Source of the DNA: Candidatus Omnitrophota bacterium
Lineage (GTDB): Bacteria; Omnitrophota; Gorgyraeia; JAGLLT01
Reading direction: 5' to 3'
DNA length: 64,000 nucleotides
NCBI GenBank assembly: GCA_030632085.1
Contig: DAOVJY010000004.1
Location: 16,000-79,999, forward strand
Positions 59,903 through 64,000 of this stretch are shown here, one piece after another. The number at the start of each line of letters is the position of its first letter. The stretch's first letter is position 1. Under the pieces are notes generated by a model, which worked only from the letters and a program-made list of their open reading frames with translations, made no database searches and was not told the origin of the DNA. Both the position numbers and the translations under genes were made by a program.

Positions 59903-60709
59903 TTATCTTTTATTTCCTATTATTTTTATCTTATCAGCACTCTCAATATTCTCTATCATACCATTGTCCGTTCTGATAAGCAGCGCTCCGGAGCTCTCAT
60001 CGACACCCATAATCATACCGTACATTATATCATTGTTTTTAGATATTTCCACTCTTAAACCAATCTGATAACAACGCCTGTTCCATAGTTTATATACATC
60101 CTGGAGCTTATTTTCATTTAGACGAATATAATACTCATCAAGTTGATTAATGATCATAGCGATAAGTTCAGACCTTTTTTTAAATTGCCCGCTGGCTTCA
60201 CATAAGCTTATACTTTCCGGTGGAATTTCACCGGTTAAGCTGTTTACATTTACTCCTATCCCTACTATTAAATATACTTGCCTGCCGGTTCCCCACGAAG
60301 TTTCAGCTAAAATTCCGGCAACCTTTTTATTTTGTACGATAATATCATTCGGCCATTTAATATAAGCCTTCAAGTTATATAATTTCTCAATTGCCAAACA
60401 GACGGCCACGCTTGAGGCAATATAAAACCTGGATAACTCAACCTGCCCGGCTCTTGGCATTAAGAGCACCGAGAAATAAACTCCCCCTTTAGGCGAAACC
60501 CATTTTCTGCCTAATCTCCCTTTGCCCCGCGCCTGAGAAGAAGCAATAAAAATTGCCCCGTCATTTTCTACTTTATCCGCGTGTTTTTTTGCCTCATCAT
60601 TAGTTGACTCCACTTCATTAAAGCAATATATTTTGCGGCCTATCTTTCGGGTCTTAATACGGGAAATTATATCTTCCGGGCTTATCATATCGTTTAGCTT
60701 ATTAATCAT
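59903..60709 (-). CDS. birA: biotin--protein ligase (no N-terminal HTH)
   Basis: STN, QARGKGRLGRKW, KWPND, KVAGILAE, GIGVNVN. Confidence 0.95.
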   Translation of the reverse strand: MINKLNDMISPEDIISRIKTRKIGRKIYCFNEVESTNDEAKKHADKVENDGAIFIASSQARGKGRLGRKWVSPKGGVYFSVLLMPRAGQVELSRFYIASSVAVCLAIEKLYNLKAYIKWPNDIIVQNKKVAGILAETSWGTGRQVYLIVGIGVNVNSLTGEIPPESISLCEASGQFKKRSELIAMIINQLDEYYIRLNENKLQDVYKLWNRRCYQIGLRVEISKNNDIMYGMIMGVDESSGALLIRTDNGMIENIESADKIKIIGNKR

Positions 60710-60870
60710 GCTTTAACTTTTTCTTTTCTTGAAATATCTTGCTTTATTTTCCTTAGGTATCTGTCTGTGAAATATAAGCCTCCGGCTTTAATGCTTTTAT
60801 ATAAAGCATCAATTGCTTTAGGCTGGTCTCCTTGTGGGGTAAAATTTGTAGTTAACTTAAAAAGACTCAT
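60706..60870 (-). pseudogene. uvrB: uvrB N-terminal remnant fused to an unrelated tail (54 aa)
   Basis: MSLFKLTTNFTPQGDQPKAIDALYKSIKAGG-LYFTDRYLRKIKQDISRKEKVKA*; FKL...P.GDQP.AI is the UvrB N-terminus. Confidence 0.8.
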
Positions 60871-60871
60871 T

Positions 60872-61750
60872 TTAGATAATCTTTAAAGCCATGTCTAAAG
60901 ACGGATTGGAGTGCGTGAGGGCTCCTATGGAAATCATATCAACTTTGCAAACGGCTAATTTGCGGATATTTGAGAGTTTAACATTACCGGAGACTTCTAT
61001 GGCTATCTTTTTGTGGTTTCCGTTAGACTTATAAAACTCATTTTTTAATAAAATAGCTTCTTTTATCTGTTTTATTGACATATTATCAAGCATTATAATA
61101 TCCGGTTCAGACTTAATCACATCAAGCAGCTGCCCAACCTTCTTTATTTCCACTTCAATATCTTTTTTAGTTCTTCTTCGAGCAAGGCGCACGCACTCAG
61201 CCGGAGATAAACCTGAGGCCTTGATATGATTGTCCTTAATTAAAACCTTATCGTACAATCCCATACGGTGGTTATGCCCACCGGCAACCTTGACGGCATA
61301 TTTTTCAAAATACCTTAATCCAATAGTTGTCTTTCTGGTATCTACGATTTTAGTTTTATAACCCTTTACGTCTTTTACAAATTTATAGGTTAAAGTGGCC
61401 ACCCCTGATAAATGAGAGATGATATTAAGGGCTATCCTTTCAATCTTAAGGATGTCGCGGGCATTGCCGTACACCTTGGCAATTATCTTTGCTTTCTTTG
61501 CCTTACCCACATTGATAAAATCACCGTCTTTCACAAAAGCTTTAAATTTGATAGATTTATTTGTAAACTTCAGGAAAAGTTTCAGTATATCAAGCCCCGC
61601 GATAATCCCCGGTTCACGCAATATCAAATTAGCATGTATTTTAAGGCTTTTATCTATAGTAATGGAAGATGTAATATCTCCCTTTTTTACATCTTCATTA
61701 AGGCCAATCCTTAATAATTCTTTTACTTTTTTTTCATCAATTTTAATCAT
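60872..61750 (-). CDS. nadC: nicotinate-nucleotide pyrophosphorylase
   Basis: ED..GDITS, DTRKT, NHRMGLYD..IKDNH, IMLDN, EVSG, ISIGALTHS. Confidence 0.96.
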   Translation of the reverse strand: MIKIDEKKVKELLRIGLNEDVKKGDITSSITIDKSLKIHANLILREPGIIAGLDILKLFLKFTNKSIKFKAFVKDGDFINVGKAKKAKIIAKVYGNARDILKIERIALNIISHLSGVATLTYKFVKDVKGYKTKIVDTRKTTIGLRYFEKYAVKVAGGHNHRMGLYDKVLIKDNHIKASGLSPAECVRLARRRTKKDIEVEIKKVGQLLDVIKSEPDIIMLDNMSIKQIKEAILLKNEFYKSNGNHKKIAIEVSGNVKLSNIRKLAVCKVDMISIGALTHSNPSLDMALKII

Positions 61751-62474
61751 TAATTATGCCTACCATATTTTTTAATCGCGCCAGTTCATCTTCACTTAAA
61801 TTCCTATACTTACCTTCTTCTAAATTCTTAAGCTCAATATTTCCAACCTTAAGCCTTATTAAATCATATACTCTGTAGTGTAAAATTGAAAACATAGATC
61901 TAATCTGCCTCTTCAAGCCCTGATGTATTGTTAAATTAACCAAAGACCCCTTCTTTACTTCGTCATGTTTAACGGAATTTATCTCGGCCGAGACCGTCAC
62001 ACCTTCATCTATTTCAACACCCTTCTCCAGCTTCTTAACATCGGCAGCCTTTAGATAAGGTTTTGTAAAAACCTCATAAACTTTATCTATTTCGTAACTT
62101 GGATGCATTACCCTGTGCGCCAACTCCCCATCATTAGTCAACAATAAGAGCCCTCTGGTATTTTTATCCAGGCGCCCTATAGGATAAATTCTTTCTTTAA
62201 TATCAACTAAATCCAAAACTTTTTTCTTTGCGTGCCTGTCTTTTAGGCTGCATATATAGCCGGCAGGTTTATTTAAAAGAATATAAATCTTTTGACTAAC
62301 CACGGGATTTATTCGCTTATTATTAAAAAGAACAATATCTTTATCGGCGTCAATTTCCGCTACCGGATTTCGCGTTACTTTACCATTTATCTTAATCTGC
62401 CCGGACTTTATATAATCAGTACTTTTTCTGCGTGAGCCTATTTGACAATTAAGTATATAACGGTAAAGAAGCAT
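61743..62474 (-). CDS. RsuA/RluB family pseudouridine synthase
   Basis: S4 domain (SRRK), LNKPAG, PIGRLDKNTRGLLLLTNDG. Confidence 0.93.
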   Translation of the reverse strand: MLLYRYILNCQIGSRRKSTDYIKSGQIKINGKVTRNPVAEIDADKDIVLFNNKRINPVVSQKIYILLNKPAGYICSLKDRHAKKKVLDLVDIKERIYPIGRLDKNTRGLLLLTNDGELAHRVMHPSYEIDKVYEVFTKPYLKAADVKKLEKGVEIDEGVTVSAEINSVKHDEVKKGSLVNLTIHQGLKRQIRSMFSILHYRVYDLIRLKVGNIELKNLEEGKYRNLSEDELARLKNMVGIIND

Positions 62475-62478
62475 ATTT

Positions 62479-63999
62479 TTAGCTTATTTCTTTTAGAGCC
62501 GCTTTTAACTCTTTCATTTTGAGGTTATACTCATCCATTCGCTGCCTCTGCTGATTAACGACCTCTTTCGGCGCCTTGCTTAAGAAAGCCTTATTTTCAA
62601 GGCGATTATGTATATTATTTATTTCTCTTTCAACAACATTAATTTCTTTATTAAGCTTCTCCTTTTCATTGTCAATATCAATCAAACCTTCCAGTAAAAT
62701 GTACGCCTTGATAGCTTTATAGACAACAACTGAACTCGACTTTGAAACAGCTTTATCCTCACTTGTAAAAATTATTTGCTCAATATTTCCAAGTTGTTTA
62801 AAATATTTATCAAGGACTCTAAAATCATCTAATAAACTCTCACGGTCACTTATGACTATTACGCGCGGCAGAGAAGCCATAGGAGCTATGTTAAATTGGG
62901 CTCTTTTATTACGTATAACACCGATTAAACCCATCATATCGTCAAATGAATTTGTAGCCCAGTTCGCCTGATCTAAATCCGGCAATACAGGCCACTCGGA
63001 AAGCATGATAAATTCAGCATCCTTCTTGGGTAACTTCTGCCAGATCTCCTCCGTAATGAAAGGTGCAAATGGATGAAATAATTTAAGCGTATATTTTAAG
63101 CACAAATGTAACATATTTTGAGTTAATTCATCCTCGATATTAATTTTAGCTAATTCAATATACCAATCGCATAATTTATGCCAAAAGAAATCATATAATT
63201 TACTCGACGCCTCATGAAATCTGTAATTTTCCAATGATTCGTCAATAGCTTTTATCGCCTCAAATAGTTCAAAAAGTATCCACTTTTCCGCTATATTACT
63301 TTGGGAAGCAGCTACTTTGCTTATTAAATCTTTAGGTTCATAATTCCTAATTTTAGAATCATCTAAATTCATTAAAATAAACCTGGAAGCATTCCAGAGT
63401 TTATTCATCGCGTTTCTTCCAAATTCAAACTTACTATCCGCCAGGTATAAATCCTCACCAGGAAGCGAAATCAAACTAAATCTTAAGGCATCCGCACCGT
63501 GTTTCTCTATTATTTCTAAGGGATCTATGGCATTACCCAGCGACTTACTCATCTTTCTTCCTTTATCGTCGCGGACGGTTCCGTGAATATAAACGTCGCT
63601 AAAAGGAATCTTCCCCATAAATTTAAGCCCCGACATTATCATCCGCGCCACCCAGAAAAATATAATCTCAGAAGCCGTAACCAGCGTAGAGGTTGGATAA
63701 AAATACTCTAAATCAGCTTTCTGTTTTTTCTCCTTTGCTGATAGCTGACGGCTGACGGCTGACGGCTGACTAAAGGGCCATCCAAAAATGGCAAAAGGCC
63801 ATAACCAGGAACTAAACCAGGTATCTAACACATCCGGATCCTGGAAAATTTCAGTACATCCGCACTTAGGGCACTTATTTGGTTTTTCTCCAACAGCTAT
63901 AATACCTATTTCCTCATAGGAAATTTCAACCGGCAAGGTGACTTTCAAACTTTTTTTATTCTCTGTGTATATTTTATAGCAATCACTGCAATACCAAGC
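62479..63999 (-). CDS. valS: valine--tRNA ligase, 5' part outside window
   Basis: AWYC..CPKCG, DVLDTWFSS, IFFWVARM, KMSKS, GADALR, coiled-coil tail; frame open to the window edge. Confidence 0.97.
   Translation of the reverse strand, partial: AWYCSDCYKIYTENKKSLKVTLPVEISYEEIGIIAVGEKPNKCPKCGCTEIFQDPDVLDTWFSSWLWPFAIFGWPFSQPSAVSRQLSAKEKKQKADLEYFYPTSTLVTASEIIFFWVARMIMSGLKFMGKIPFSDVYIHGTVRDDKGRKMSKSLGNAIDPLEIIEKHGADALRFSLISLPGEDLYLADSKFEFGRNAMNKLWNASRFILMNLDDSKIRNYEPKDLISKVAASQSNIAEKWILFELFEAIKAIDESLENYRFHEASSKLYDFFWHKLCDWYIELAKINIEDELTQNMLHLCLKYTLKLFHPFAPFITEEIWQKLPKKDAEFIMLSEWPVLPDLDQANWATNSFDDMMGLIGVIRNKRAQFNIAPMASLPRVIVISDRESLLDDFRVLDKYFKQLGNIEQIIFTSEDKAVSKSSSVVVYKAIKAYILLEGLIDIDNEKEKLNKEINVVEREINNIHNRLENKAFLSKAPKEVVNQQRQRMDEYNLKMKELKAALKEIS
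63737..63771. repeat. 5x GCTGA(CG) heptamer within valS
   Basis: gctgata gctgacg gctgacg gctgacg gctgact. Confidence 0.9.
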
Positions 64000-64000
64000 C

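Noticed and set aside
61488-61506. 9-bp near-duplication in nadC (KAKKAK)
   Set aside because: Single small in-frame slippage with no link to the 7-bp family.

Overview
A low-GC chromosomal segment, probably from a PVC-superphylum bacterium (Omnitrophota-like; inferred from the PVC small basic signature protein and gene content). All credible genes from 1 to 32.5 kb are on the + strand and all from 32.9 to 64 kb are on the - strand. They converge on a well-formed XerCD dif site (32817-32844), so this is likely the chromosome terminus region. Most content is housekeeping: thiE/thiC, dnaE, hisS, dgt, aroB, rtcB, purF-like, a sigma-70 factor, ppdK, glyQS, recO, mgtE, ybeY, phoH, aspS, guaB-like, groESL, coaX, birA, nadC, valS and tRNA-Arg(CCT). 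Four things stand out. (1) A dispersed family of degenerate 7-bp-period repeat tracts sits between terminators and promoters, hosts small palindromic inserts (one with a clean 4-bp duplication against an empty copy in the same window), and has been read into proteins (sigma-factor C-tail, in-frame insertion in ValS). (2) A tRNA-Gly(TCC) lacks its T-arm. (3) A dif-adjacent accessory block carries a beta-hairpin repeat protein, a signal peptide-PLD-winged-helix protein, an XRE-DUF4065 antitoxin with a gutted toxin, and ~50-bp direct repeats. (4) Several internal-deletion scars are present, including a uvrB remnant. All family calls are from motif recognition, not database searches.
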